Shown: one piece after another, positions 25,401 through 40,034 of the stretch | How the letters are laid out: each line of letters starts with the position of its first letter | Numbering within the stretch: position 1 is the first letter of the stretch | Source of the DNA: Eledone cirrhosa | Lineage: Eukaryota | Assembly: GCA_964016885.1 (NCBI GenBank) | Contig: OZ024745.1 | Coordinates: 84,196,001-84,260,000 of the forward strand | Length of the DNA stretch: 64,000 nucleotides | Direction: 5' to 3' | Notes under the pieces: model-generated | Database searches by the model: none | What the model saw: the letters and a program-made list of their open reading frames with translations, nothing else | Told to the model about the DNA's origin: nothing | Made by a program: the position numbers and the translations under genes

Positions 25401-26977
25401 GCATGTAAATGTGATAAAAAGATCAGGACGGCCACAATGGCGGACATAGGTCAGAGCATCCTGCATTTTTCCATGCATGTAACGGGGGCCTCCAGTGTAT
25501 GATGATGGGAGAATGACAGAAAGCCCAACATCCGAAGCATTAGCATGATCATTTCGGTTTACTTCGTCACGTAGATTGCCGTATTCTTCTGAACGCAGTT
25601 CCTTTTGATGATGTCTTATCCATTGGAGGCGTTCAGTGTCAATCTTAGCAAATATGTCTACACAGTATTGATTGAGGAGCATCCGTGTTCTATGCAGAAT
25701 GTTGACGTCGTTTTTGCGAAACATAAGTCTAAATGCATAAAATTCCATTTGTGAAATGGTTTTCCCTGGTGTAAGATGCATTAAACTTACAGGATTACAC
25801 TTTTGCAAATCAATGCGGTAGCCATCGTCGCCAAAGGGGAACAGCAATGGATACTGGAGAGCATCATATGCGGGATGAAGTTCATTTATTTTTTGAAGAT
25901 GCGAGTCCTGCCATTCAATAACAATATCACGGTTTGAAGCGCTCTGATTAGGACGTGTTATAATCACCGCAACTTCATCGGTTTGGGGTCTATTAAAGCA
26001 GCCCTGATGCTGCCCTAGTGGAGCGCGGTCATTTCGAATGACAACCTTGTATTGATTGTTGTTAGCATCACTACGTTGTAAAGCAGTTTTGAAAATGGTG
26101 ATGTACGGGTTTATGGAATGAAGCATATATTGAAGGGGCTGCAGAAGAGAAGGTGTCGTTCCTTTAGCAACTGAAGTCCTTCGTGCAATTTCTTCAGGTC
26201 CGTTGCCCATAAAGTAGATCTGGAGAAAACTGTGTTCTTTGCCATCTTGTGATCCTATTTGATGGTAAATTTGGCCTTGCACTTTAAATGTGGGCATATA
26301 ATTCCCATCTTTTATTGGTGTATGACCAAAGCTTGTCCTTTGGAAAGCCGAATTGTAGGCTCTTATATTTCTGAAAAAGTGTTTAAAATCAGGGTGGTCT
26401 CCAAGCAGCAGAGAATTCAAAGGTTCGGCACCGACTTGTAAATAAGGCAATCTAACCGTTCCATTGGAGCAACATATACCGGTAGATTCAGCTGGCCACC
26501 TCATTGCATTACAATGGACGCAAACAGTTGACATACTACCAATGATGATATGTGGATGGGATGCGTAGTCCTCTTGGGGGTTGTATTGAAAACCTTTCTT
26601 AGACCAGTAACAGGAAGAATCCCTCGGAAAGACATAAGTACGCATTTTCCGTTGAGAATCAACCGCAAGCCTTGTGCCCTTTGGTCAACAGTCTCTAAAG
26701 CACGGCTATTGGAATTAGAAGCAGCATTGCGAGCACGCCGGAGTTCTGCTTGTTCAGCTTTCTGTAATGCTCTGATGTTCAAAGTAGAGGCAGCATTGTG
26801 AGCACGCTGGAGTTCTGCTTGTTCAGTTGTTTGTAATGCTCTGGCGATCGAGGTAGAAGCAGCATTGCGAGCACGCCGTAGCACACATTGTTCTTCTGTT
26901 TCGCTTGCGCGCAAAGAACGCAAAGCAAAAGCATTTTTTGTTTTTTTTCCAATGTTACTCTTTCTTTTTCGAGGCAT
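22432..26977 (-). pseudogene. Helitron RepHel protein: HUH Rep endonuclease plus PIF1-family SF1B helicase (frameshifts and stops)
   Basis: MPRKRK basic N-terminus; CVHC..CC Zn motif; PDLFITFTCNPKW, VEWQKRGLPHAHILLW, YICKYVHK; helicase APGGTGKT, WDEATM, GDFRQTLP, FAITINKAQGQSL. Lesions near 26670, 23814, 23618 and 22565. Confidence 0.96.
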
Positions 26978-28696
26978 TCTACCGAAAATATGTAATTGAA
27001 TAAAGCTGGTACAAATCAATTAAAATAAATAAATAGTTGTGTACAATGTGTACATTTTTGTAATAATAAGCAAGACGAAAAAGTATATTTTATCATCTGC
27101 TTTTTCTACACCGGAATTATATATTAGATTTTCATACTTACAAAATAATTTTGCTAATATCGTGTTTAGCAGTGTCGGTTGAGCAATGTATAAATATTTG
27201 ATTAAAAACCAGAAGACAAACAGTAAATATATTTCAACCTCTGAATAAGTATTAAAGAAATGACGATTTTCACTTTGAAAATATGATTTATGACATCAAA
27301 ACTGCTTTAGAGTTTAATTTTTTGAATAAAAAGTATCGTCTGTTATTTCTTACAATTAACACATTTATACACACAGATGCACACACGCACACACATACGC
27401 ACGTACACACACACACAAACACATACACACACAAACATACACACACATACACACAAACACACACACATACACACACACACATACACACGCTATCCCAAGA
27501 CGTGACGTTGTGGAAGGGGGAGAGTTAAGAAGTGTAATAAGTTAAAATTATAAACACTGTATTTATCGCTAAAGTATCGTCTGTTATTTCTAACAATTAA
27601 CACATTTATACACATACACACACACATGCACACACGCACACACATACGCACGTACACACACACACAAACACATACATACACATACACACACAAACACACA
27701 CACATACACACACACACATACGCACGCAATCCCAAGACGTGACGTTGTGGAAGGAGGGGGGGGGGGGGGGGTGTTTAAGAAGTGTAATAAATAAGTTAAA
27801 ATTATAAACACTGTATTTATCATAATCGCGTCACACACACTCCTCTCTTTCTTTATTTTACTCTCTCTCTCTCACTCCTCTCTTCTATCTCCCTCTCACA
27901 CATCATTCTCTCTCTGGCCGTTATGGAAATTGCACACACACACACACACATGCACGCACATATACACACACAAACACATACACACACATATACACACGCA
28001 CATACACATACAATCCCATAACGTTGTATTGTGGAAGGGGGAGAGTTAAGAAGTGTGTAAAAGGAACGCTCTCTCTCTCTTTATGGCCGTCATGGAATTT
28101 GTTAGTGAAAAAGTCTATAAGATTATAAAATCGAAGTTTGTGACTTCGAAATTAATCATTATGAAATAATTTTTTCTTGATGTTACAAACGGTAGCCTAT
28201 TTTGGCTATGTGTTTAATTTGACAGAGATGGATGGAATATTTTCCAAGTGAAACTCTTTTACACACACACACAGAACGGGAATTATATATAGAGATATTT
28301 AAATGTATAGAATGTTGGCCGTATGTGTGTGTACGCGCATGTGTATGTATATATGTGTACGTTTGAATGGGACATGCTTACCCAACTGATACAGAACAGT
28401 CAGAAGGCTCGTGGCGGCATGTATCAACAAGTGTGTGTGTGACTGGGTCCATGGGAGTGAGGGAGAGAGGGTGTGTGAGTATATATACTGCGATGTATGT
28501 ATGTGGTCGTGTGGGTGTCTGCGCATGTAGACGTACGAGTGTGAATGCAGAGATAAGTATGTATCTGAATATGTGTGTGTTATTATGTGTTTATTCTAGT
28601 ATGTGTGGGGGCTTACCCTGAAGTGTGAGCAGACGTGTGAAGTATTGAACTCAGCATGACTCCATTGAAATGTGTCAGACGGAAAATGGTTGATGA

Positions 28697-29195
28697 ACCG
28701 TGTGGCAGCAGATACTGACCAGGACTTGTGATGACGTGGAGTAAAATCAGCCAATGGCATGACAAGAGTGGAAAGAGAGTTTTTTGAGGGTGTTGTTTTG
28801 ATGATAACACACCAGTGATAAAATTTGCTCCGGACATAACACCGGTGTCTGAAAGAACCCGCAAAAGTAGAATCAGCCAGATCCATACAAGGACCATGAC
28901 TCGAGCTACATGCCGGCGAAACATTTGTAACACGAAATAAACTAAGCCCAGATGAATAACTGATTTTTCGTTTTCTTTATATCTACACTCTACTCTGATG
29001 AATATCGAGTGCTAATTTTGGCATACCGCCTACGGAAGCACCATAGCTACCACTATACACAAATATATACTACGCTCCTCCACAAGTAGAGCGCTTACAG
29101 CGATTCGCCATGGAAAAATTCAACCACTCTTCTTCCATGAAAGACATACCGATCCCGTCAGATAACACGTACATGAGCCTGCTGTTATACCACAC
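28697..29195 (+). repeat. 3' pseudo-LTR of family C PLE (ends inside the ORF start, at (TA)n)
   Basis: Direct repeat of 15255-15756. Confidence 0.92.
28845..28933 (+). ncRNA. Hammerhead-like motif with CUGAAAGA core and ~60-nt stem II (second copy at 15403-15491)
   Basis: GTGT-CTGAAAGA..GGC-GAAAC-ATTT-GTA-ACAC, followed by AATAAA; stem II pairing is imperfect. Confidence 0.4.
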
Positions 29196-30798
29196 ATATA
29201 TATATATATATCTGCAAAAGTTTTATTTAAAATTGTTGGGTTACAACGAGTAAATATTTTATTTTATAACTGATATAAAGCACTCAACAAGTTTTGGAGT
29301 AGATATACGATATTAAACAAATGGAAACTATATTTATAAAACCATATTTATTTCATTATACATATTTCAGGGATACCATATTAAAAATATGGCATGCCTT
29401 CTTCAGATAAAATAAGCAGTTTTATAAATAAATTTGATGTACCATAGAATTTTGAACAACTTCCATTTAAAAAAGTTGGTTTGGTAGTGAGATGCTTGTA
29501 AATATTTAGTGTTAAGTACAGTTATAAAAGAAAGACGGAGAGAAGGAGTAAATGTATGTAAAGAAAAACAGAGAGAGATAGAGAGAGATATGGGAGAGAG
29601 AAAAATAGTGAGGAGGTGAAAAATGAGAGGCAGCTGAGGTAACAGATGAATAATAATAATTCAACATGCAAAATGAGAGATTTAGGGGGGAGGGAGTACT
29701 GTAATTATTTATTTATTTATTTATTTATTTATAGTGTTAAGGAGACGGAGAAAAATAAAAATAAAAATAACTATAGAGAAAACAGCGATACATAGATTAT
29801 ATCATGTATAGAGGGAGGAGAAGAAAGCTATATCTAGATAGAAAGATGACAGATTTACAACTTTACGTTATGTTCTATCAATTTGAATTATCAATTTATA
29901 TGAATTGGGTATTATACTGTAGATATCAATATTCATGAATGAGACATAGATATATAATGTGTGAAAAATAATGACCATATGTTTAGTTTAAAAATTCTTA
30001 GGTCGATATATTAAAAACCTGAGATAAAACTTCAAAATACATAAGTATATATGTACTTTCCGGAAAAAGAAAGAAAGAGAGAAAAAGAGAAGGTCATCTC
30101 AAGTTCTAGTTGACACTATAGATATACACGTGAGCATACGTGATCAGCTCTGTAATTTCTCATTTCACATGAAAAAATTTTCCCTTGCGTTATAAAAGAT
30201 TTTACTATATATATATACATACATACACATACATAAAAATATAATATATATTAATATTAATATTCCTGCCCTACCACACATGATTATCGTTCATGTATAG
30301 AATAGACAACAGATATCAATATATCAAAACGCTAAGAATACTTTCATCACTCCCTAGAGTGTCTAGGGCTTTAAAAAACACAGTATGGCCCCCATATCAA
30401 CCACAGAAATCAACCCTTCCAATTTATCTGACAATACATTGCCAAGTTCATTAGAAGCAATCAGAATCAAAAGCAAACAAAAAACCAAAATTATTCAACA
30501 AGACTTATTTAGCAGAAATCATTTAAATGATTTAGGAGACCCTGTTGTTCTACAGATGCTCTTATATTTAGTATAGAAGTTTATCTAGCGTAAAATTTAT
30601 TCAATAGATTCAATAGATTGGGAGCATCAACATTTAAGGGTAGTTTAATTACATCATTAGTATATATTTATGAAGAAGGTTTAAAAAAGAAAAAGTTGAA
30701 GGAATCGAAAGATTTATCGTCATGTTTCATAATTAATTAAATAAATATCTTAACTAAATATACTACATTTTAAATTTATATTTATATTTATATATATA

Positions 30799-30848
<50 letters not shown>

Positions 30849-31326
30849 TGCATTTTTGTCAATTATTTCCTCATATTTTCTAATTTTATATATATATATA
30901 TAATAAGTAAAATTATCCAAGGTATAGAGCAACTTAAGTACGCAGGGCGTGTTTGAAAAATCATTATTAATGTTCTCTACTCTCTGAGTGTTCAAATCCC
31001 GCCGAAGTCAACTTTGCCTGTCATGATCGGAGGGCGATAAAAAAAAAGAACTAGTCGATTGTTCTTTTATATCTCTTTCTCATTTCCAAGAAAGAAATCT
31101 GCTGTCTTAAATCCACCGTTTTAAAAGGCTGAAGAAACGCCGTATGTCAATATGGTGGCATCTTATATAAACACACTCAAACATTAACCCATTAAGCGAG
31201 TATGCATTCAATGTATATAAGTGAAGAATAACATTTCATTTTCATAGCAAATTTCGTTTTCAGATACTGACTTCACACTTCCGAGTCGCTGTCAGCCATT
31301 TCCTTGTGTCAAATATGCGTGTGTGC

Positions 31327-31427
<101 letters not shown>

Positions 31428-32261
31428 TTTGTATATGGGGTGGGGGTGTCTGTGTGTGTGTGTGTCGGTATCTCTGTGTCTGTGTGTGTAGATAGATAGA
31501 TTAATTTATATTATATCAAATAATAATACATTTTGTTATATTATATTAAACTCTAATACCTCTAGCAATTTTGCATCATAAACACTACCCTCGCGATGCG
31601 ATTGAATAATGGTGTATTTTAAGAGAATATCTATACACATCTTTACTGGCAGCGATTTTGCAATAGTTGAGAAAATTCTGACATATTTTTCCAGTATTTT
31701 CATACATAATAGAGAGATTCCATTTATGTTGTATCCTTAAAGAATCAGAATTTGTTCTTATGTCGATTACATATATTTCCTTTATGTCTGTTGTAAATCA
31801 TTTCCCTCACTGCAGTACGATAAGGCTTGACCATATTCCATGTAATAAACAATTTGAAGAATAACAATAGTAATATTTGAAGAATAACAATAGTAACATT
31901 TGAAGAATAACAATAGAAATATGTTGTCGGGCAAACTATCGGCAAACTTTGTACATAAAGTAGACTCGCCATTGATATTCGCAGCTTAATATATCTATAT
32001 TTTCAAACTGTTAAGAGAGTGACATATTGCCTCAGGTTTCGTTCCTTACGCAATCAGGTCGATGGAGACCCCTGGGGACTTCCATGAGTTCTTGAGAGGA
32101 TATAAGGTAGTTTCTAGTGGCCATCCTGAGTTTAATAAAAACACCATCTTCTCAACTAGATGCAGAGACATTTATCACGTCCGCTTCGGCTGTCAGAACC
32201 TAAAGAGGTGGAAAAAAACTGCAACGTATGTTATCCAACACTCTAATAATTCCACAAATAT

Positions 32262-32420
32262 TACGGCTTGGACTTATTTTTGTTTATAATTTATCGACCA
32301 TGGAAGAATAGAAATCAAAGTTGATATCGCCGGGATTTGAATTCAAAGCAAAACGCGCCGAAAGGAATGCAGCAAGACATTTGGTTCGTAGCTCTTATAA
32401 TTTTGTCAAATGGCTGCCTT
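32262..32420 (-). mobile_element. Old, diverged SINE copy (Meta/MESC-like)
   Basis: TTTATCGACC..AAAGTTGATATCGCCGGGATTTGAATTC is the reverse complement of the family core. Confidence 0.6.
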
Positions 32421-33397
32421 AACTACTTCCAACCGATTGCACCTCACTGGATTATACTGCTTATCTGAAGGTCATGTTCGATTCTTAGATTAAGTGACGC
32501 ATTGAATCCTTTCAGTTGACACAGTGAAATGTACCTGTAATTCAAAGGGCCAGTATTGTCACACACTGTGACACATTGAATCACCCTTAGAAAAACGTTT
32601 GGATACTTGTGTCTGTGAAATGCTCACTTACTGGCACATTAATTTTGCGAGCAGGCTCTTCCGTAGTTTGAAAAACTCAAACACTCATCTGAACCGATTG
32701 AGGACCAATATAACACCACTCCAATAGGATAATATCGCATCCCTACTTGAGTTGAATAATTGCTTATTTGCATTAGTATACTTACATGCTACTGGTACCA
32801 TGAACATATTTTTGATTGTTTTGTTTTCAATTTATCGACCATGAGAGAATAGAAGTCCGAAGGGACCCCATTTCGGCCGCTTGTATTCGTGATCATATTC
32901 ATTCGGTCAGTATCCATGATTCATGAAAAAAGGCAGGTATACCGAGTTGAAGATATTGAGTTTCGTTTTTATTCCTACTCCCCGCTCTTATTCTACTGAC
33001 TCAATGCTGAAGCTGGCGCATTACTGCAATGCACTGATTTGTCCACATGTATTCAATTATTTCAATATTTGTGTAACCTATTTGTGAGTGTTGGGGGTAT
33101 ATATGAGGGTGGTGTATAAAGAAGAGAAAAGTTTACATAAACATATTTCGGAAGAATTTGATGGTCCACTCCTTTGTCAGCAGATGGGGTACTAGAAACT
33201 AGTGCATGAGTTGGGGTTCAGAGAATTAAATTCTCTACTCACACGAAATCATTTCTCTCACTATTTAACGTATTACTGTACACTCTGCTTTTCTTTTTCG
33301 GTTGATATCTTAATGATGCTGGCTTAAACCGGTTGGAAATACATCGGTTCTTCCGATGACTTCATTTCAATATTATATATATGTGTATATACACCCA

Positions 33398-33683
33398 CTT
33401 CAGTCACGAATGACCATGGGATTTGCACCTAGAAGGTTCACCTCCGAGGCACAAGTCCTGGTAAGGTTGTTTGTGGAAGACCAGCAGTCACCGGACCAGC
33501 AGTCACCTATACATACCGGAAAAGGCAATGGCCGATACAGCTTGGCACTAGTAACGTCGCAACTCATTTCTACAGCTGAGTAAAATTGGAGCAACTTGAA
33601 ATAATGTCTTGCTCAAGGACACAACGTATCACCCGGTCCAGGAATCGAACTCACAACCTCACGATTGAAAGGCCGATGCTTAA

Positions 33684-33688
<5 letters not shown>
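33398..33688 (-). mobile_element. tRNA-derived SINE of a second family (CORE-like central domain)
   Basis: Minus strand: GAGTTCGATTCC B box, GTGTCCTTGAGCAAGAC, CAGCTGTAGAAATGAGTTGCGACG; a diverged homologue lies at 52920-53100. Confidence 0.75.
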
Positions 33689-33745
<57 letters not shown>

Positions 33746-33749
33746 TAAC

Positions 33750-33926
<177 letters not shown>

Positions 33927-34431
33927 GTGTGTGTGTGTGTTATGTTTGTATGCGTATATTTGTATGTGATGGTGGTTATGCTTTCTCAACATATTTTCTT
34001 AATCTCTAATCTTATTATATACTCACGAATTAGTTCTGCATAAAATACTTGAGAATTATCCAACATGTCCATACACACTGTTTGGTTCACATAAAAACCA
34101 GGTTCCATTATGTCTCGCTTCTTGGCTATTCCAACATGTGTCTTTTGCTCTCAAAAAATGTCTCCTGATATTTTTATTATTTTTTTCAATTATTCAACAT
34201 CTTATTAAAATTGCCGTTCTGGAAAAATATTATTTATATTTCCTTTTATTTAAAATTCATGAGTGAAAATGTTTTCCTAGATAAAGAATTTTCCAATGCT
34301 GACAAAGATTTTAGATCAATTTATATTTTTTTAGTTTTGTCATTTAATCCTATGGCAAAGAATTGTAAAAGGAAAGTCACTGTCATATTATATTTAACTC
34401 TTTCTTCCTGAGTTTTATTAAGAGTAGTGAA

Positions 34432-34481
<50 letters not shown>

Positions 34482-34600
34482 AGGGCGGGTAAAATTCGTG
34501 ATATATATATATATATAGGGCGAGTAAAATTCCTCATATATATATATATATATACAGATGCACGCATATATGTACACATACACAGACAAATATTTACATG

Positions 34601-34637
<37 letters not shown>

Positions 34638-34642
<5 letters not shown>

Positions 34643-34852
34643 AACGAGTAGGACCCCGACGGCTGAGTTCAAGCCGTTTCGACGGGTAATTCTGGTCCAG
34701 AATTACCCAATTCTGTTCCAGAATTAGCCGCCGAAACGGCTTGAGCTCAGCCGTCGGGGTCCTACTCGTTCCTATTACCCACTCTACTACCCTAAGTATT
34801 GAGTACTTTGGTGCGTTATGGTCCACCTGGTTCCTTACCACATTTCCTCCGT
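34638..34852 (+). mobile_element. Ultra-short PLE insertion: fold-back palindrome (34638-34775) of the 3' half of a hammerhead plus pseudo-LTR tail
   Basis: The arms match 49959-50012; they contain GAAAC-GGCTTGAGCTCAGCC-GTC-GGGGT; flanked by (TA)n on both sides. Confidence 0.8.
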
Positions 34853-37179
34853 TATATATATATATATATATATATATATTGCACACACACACAGTAATGG
34901 AAATATAGGGCTGCCTGTGCCCCAATTGTCCCTGCTTAACCTCTTCTACTTATCGGAGTGCGGATTTGGTTGATGTATCACCTCAGTCTTCTTAATATTT
35001 TTAAAATATAAGATTGTTAAAATAAACGCCTTACAGACGAGGCTATTATCATCTCGTTTCCCTCTAAAATGTATATACATAGACAGGAATTGGAAGAGGA
35101 ATTGGAATGTATACTGCCAAAGAAAAGTGGATGGATAGGGAAGCTAATGGAGACCAGGGCAATTTACAAAATGTAGAATATGACAGCTCAATATATGAAA
35201 GAGGTTTAAAGATAAAAGAAATCATGAAGTGAGATAAATATATTGAATAAATAAGATAGAATAAGATGAAAATGAAATAGAATTATATGAGGCCCTTGGA
35301 AACACATATCCGCAAAGATACATAATTTACACAACAATAAATTGAAGAAATATTGTTAATATGTGAACTGAATGTATGTCCTTCAACCTACGCATAATGA
35401 TTCCATTATTCGAAACTATCAACACCATAGCGCAGATAATATAATATTTGTTAACTATGAATAATATTTGAATAAATCTAGTAAAATACCACTGAAGACG
35501 GGAAAGGTGAACAGAGACGACATCCTTGCCTTTTAGCTCATCGTGGTCGATAAAATAATGTAGAAGTAACAGACTTAGGTCGATTTAATTGACCCCCCCC
35601 CCAAAAAAAAAATTGCTGGCCTTGTTCCAATAGTAGAAATCATTATTATTATTATTGTTGTTGTTGCTGTTGTTGTTGTTGTTGCTACTATTATCATTAT
35701 TATTATTTGTTTGCTTCTTATCGTTCCGATGTTGATAAAGTACCAGGCCAGTGCTGGTGAAGCCCTCTCTTCTTCAAGCTACCAGTTGATCACGCGCGCG
35801 CATCTATATAGATACATAAAAAGATTGATAGATAGATAAATATTCTTCATACCTAGTAAGACTTTCGTCTTCATTATATATGTCTTAAATCAATCATTTC
35901 AGTGTGAGAAGAAATTGATCCATATATAATATAATACGTCTAGTCTAAGGTCATATGTTTAAAGGACACGTGGAACGAGTAACTAAGACACTAGTCTTTT
36001 CCTCGTAGTTGTTTTTGTTGTTGTTGTTTACCACCCCCACCCACCCCCATCGTCTGCCCCAATTGAACAGAATTTATTCAAAAAGACATAATGCTTACAA
36101 CTGGAACACCCTGATATTAATTCTGATATTAAAATCAGAGGTGTTCCAGTTGTGAGCATCCTGTCCTTTTGTATATCAAGGACAGGATTTGAAGGCTAGT
36201 TGGCCATTATATTTAGCTCATCAAGTAACTTTTTAGAGTCTCCTTCGTTTCTTGTCCTTCGTTTTCTCGTTGTAAATGAAAGGAATTCGCTTCAACCAGA
36301 AATTGAAGTTCACAAACTTGATTCACATTGAACTTAGCCTTCGGTATATTGTTTCATGTTAGTTTGGTACTACGCTATAATAGTCTTTAGCAACATAAAT
36401 GAAACTGTTTCCTTTTCTCTGAGAATTGAAGAAGTATGACGAAATCGATTGGCTATAAGGTTTCTTCTTTTGAGCAAACATCCCACCAAGTCACGTTATT
36501 TTACACATTGAAATAACAAATACTTCCCATGGCAGCTGAGTGACGTATTATATTATTCTTTGCATCTGATATAATTAGATCAATCCCGCTATCATAATAG
36601 TTTAATTCATTGTATCAATAACATCAATTGTTTCATGAACAATTCTGACTTCCCATTCATTATATCACACTGTGTCAAATGGTGAGAAAGTGTTCATTGT
36701 ATTGCATGGGACTTCATTGATGAAATACAAATTTATTGCAGCTAAGAGAGACGGAACACGCAATTTTAGCTTATTTTCCCATACAATACAATAGAGCTAT
36801 ATAAAACTTATGTCTAACGCTGATTATTTTCATTTCCTTACATTTCAGTCAAATTCTCTCCACTTTCATTAGTTTTACTTCTCAAATTAGAACAAACAAC
36901 AAAATCCGCCAAATGTCAATTTTGCCTTTTATTCTTCTAGGACAAATAAAAAATATATATAAGTCAAATAATAAAGTGTCAATTCATTCCAATGAGGTTA
37001 CAGCCTCCCCAAACGGTTTGTTCTCTCAATATTGTACACAATTATTTTAATTTTCCTTACGGTGATAGATGATATGATCTGCACTAACTATGCAGTATTA
37101 CTCTGACTCTCATACCTTATACAATATAGTTCTGGTGATAAAACCACTGCTCCTACTCTCCATTTTGGTTTCCAACGCG

Positions 37180-37499
<320 letters not shown>

Positions 37500-38504
37500 T
37501 ATATATATATATCAATACTCCACCTGTCTCACCACCACTTGCATGCATTCGCCAAATGCAAAGTCTCTTCAAATTGATTTAACCCGACATTGCAATCGTT
37601 GCTGATTGTGTCATTACCCTTAAATAGCACCACTCAAAACCGGCTTCTATACTATCCAAACGTTTCAATATTTCTCTCTTTTGAGTAACATTTCCAAATT
37701 TATAAAAATGCTTAGAATTACTACGAAGCTCCTCTATCTGGCTCTGCCAACAATTGTTCTATCGCATCCATGTTTAACTTCTCATAGGCGATGGTAACAT
37801 TCGGTTACAGCCACCTTTTATCACTTTCTATGTCTCTTTGTTCTCTTTCTCGATGACTACATTTATAGCCACCATTGAGCCTGATCCACCAGAGACTTGC
37901 TCCCCTGTATTACGCACCGATGATATATTGTCTTGAGAAATTCAATAAATCCTTCTACCGTTTCTGACATACATATCTCCCATGTTGGAGTCTCTATGAA
38001 AAATTGTAATTGTCTTAGAAATTTTACACATTTACTGTGGTGTTAACTACTTTCGTTTTGTGTTGATCATATATAAGTAGAACAAAGAAAATTTGTTTTT
38101 CTATGATATATATAGCGATTGTATTTTGGTGCTTTTGAAAGTGATGGCGTGAAGGAAATAGACGCGCGAGTGTGGTATGATATCGAGGCTGCGTGTATAT
38201 GATAACATTGCCGGGATATCACTGAACATAATGTGTACGAGAATTGAGACTAAACACTGAGAGATGAAAGATTCCCAATGTAAAACATTGCCAGAATTGC
38301 CTCCCAACTGATTGGCGTCCACTTTAGTGCTAAACAATACCTTAGGCCTGATCAGTTACTGAACTTCTATAAAATTAGTACTAGCAATTTGGATAAGGTA
38401 CTGCAGTTATAAACAGAAATATCTTAGACCGCATATAGAAATAAGAGCCGTTTTTACATAGATATAATTGATCAGTATCTAATAAAAACAAAACACATTA
38501 TTAA

Positions 38505-38625
38505 ACTGAGTTCAAATCCTGCCGAGGTTAACTTTGCCTTTCATCCTTACAGGGTCGATAAAATAAAGTACCAGTGATGTACTGGGATAATTGCTGGCCT
38601 TGTGCCAAAAGTAGAAACAATTATT
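38505..38625 (+). mobile_element. SINE 3' portion (Meta/MESC-like)
   Basis: Nearly identical to 8998-9116. Confidence 0.8.
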
Positions 38626-38739
38626 AAAGGGAACAAAAAGAGAAGGAAAAACGAAATGAAATGAAAAGAAGCATCAAGCAACGAAAGAAAGGAAGATGGG
38701 AGGACAGACACTACACTTTAGTCGAAGCGCTGCCTCAGC

Positions 38740-39110
38740 TGCGCCCCACAAACAGAAATGGAAAAGGCGTTACCATGGAGGATGGTCAGAGACACCCTCT
38801 GCAATAGCAGCCACCCCACCTCACGGGACTCCCTCCTCAAGCGGACCACCGTCTTTATGGAAAAAAATCAGCAGTGCATGCACCAAGAACATTAGATGTC
38901 TCGACGGAGACAGGTGTAAAGAGGAAGCGGTCGGTGAGAACCCGGTATTTTACTCTCATCCTCTCCTCCGCATTGTGGGCAATGAAGCCGAGGTTTTGTG
39001 GCCGAAGCTACAAGGTTTGGAGACGGAGAACAAGACGCCGCGCGTGGTGCCCCAAATTAATGATTTCCACACCTCGAAAGGGAAGAACGTTGATCCGTCC
39101 TGGTACCATG
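38740..39110 (-). pseudogene. Restriction-enzyme-like endonuclease C-terminus of a CRE-like non-LTR retrotransposon
   Basis: Across frames: QDGSTFFPF..KSLIW; AEERMRVKYRVLTDRFLFTPVSVETSNVLG; LLQRVSLTILHGNAFSI. This matches the CRE REL pattern PDG..W..D / KY..L..F.P.AVET.G / QR.S..I.RGNA. Confidence 0.7.
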
Positions 39111-39254
39111 TTGACTGATTACAATGTTCACTCGCAATCAACACCAGTTCGCAGATTTGCTAGTTTTGTTTCTTCTAACTTTTTTAAAGCGACCTCTTTC
39201 TCTGAACGAGAGACCTCCATCCCGCCTGCTCACATAAATCCACCCAGCAACAAC

Positions 39255-39290
<36 letters not shown>

Positions 39291-39910
39291 TCCTTTTATT
39301 GTGTTTACTGTGTCTCAGTATTTCTTCCCACCATAACCCATACTAAAACATTGTTTCAGTTTCCCATCCCTAATCCCAACCCCATTTCATTTTACTTTAT
39401 TCCACAAATAATTACATTGAAAATCAAATATATTAGCGCTATGGCCGGAGCCTAAAGAGATTTTAAGCATTATTCTGATTCCTCCTCCGACAAATTAATA
39501 GATTAAAAAATATAGAACGGACAGAATACAGCTGGTGGTAGTTACTTTCCTTTACAATTTCAATTCAAATCCTGCTGTTATCGACATTGCCTGTTATCCT
39601 ATGGAATCGGTAAAATAAGCACCAGTACTTTTATATGACTCTTACATATTTGTGGATTTGTGATTATATGTCAGAAGTCATTATTCTTGCTTCGGTTTTT
39701 GTATCATTAATGTTATAAGTTATACACCTCGGAAACCAAATCTCCATTGCCTCTTCGGTCAGTAACACGGATATAAAAAGTACTTATCGTTTTTCTCTAT
39801 ACAGATAGCAATAAACCTGTGATTTATGTTTGTTCAAGGATATAAAGCGGATTTGAATCTCATGTAATTTGGACTCAATTGGCCAATTACTATGCATATA
39901 TATATATATA

Positions 39911-40034
<124 letters not shown>

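Larger units (their letters stand above)
20812..28295 (-). mobile_element. Helitron rolling-circle transposon (autonomous-type, decayed)
   Basis: 5' TC at 28295, 3' hairpin plus mutated CTAG (ATAG) at 20812, RepHel ORF; the composite is inserted between host A and T with no TSD. Confidence 0.95.
15255..29195 (+). mobile_element. Full-length-like Penelope-like element, Hydra-clade type (family C), with direct pseudo-LTRs, interrupted by a Helitron
   Basis: 15255-15756 matches 28697-29195 (~500 bp, including the ORF start MEKFN..); the RT-EN ORF lies between them; flanks are (TA)-rich. Confidence 0.92.
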
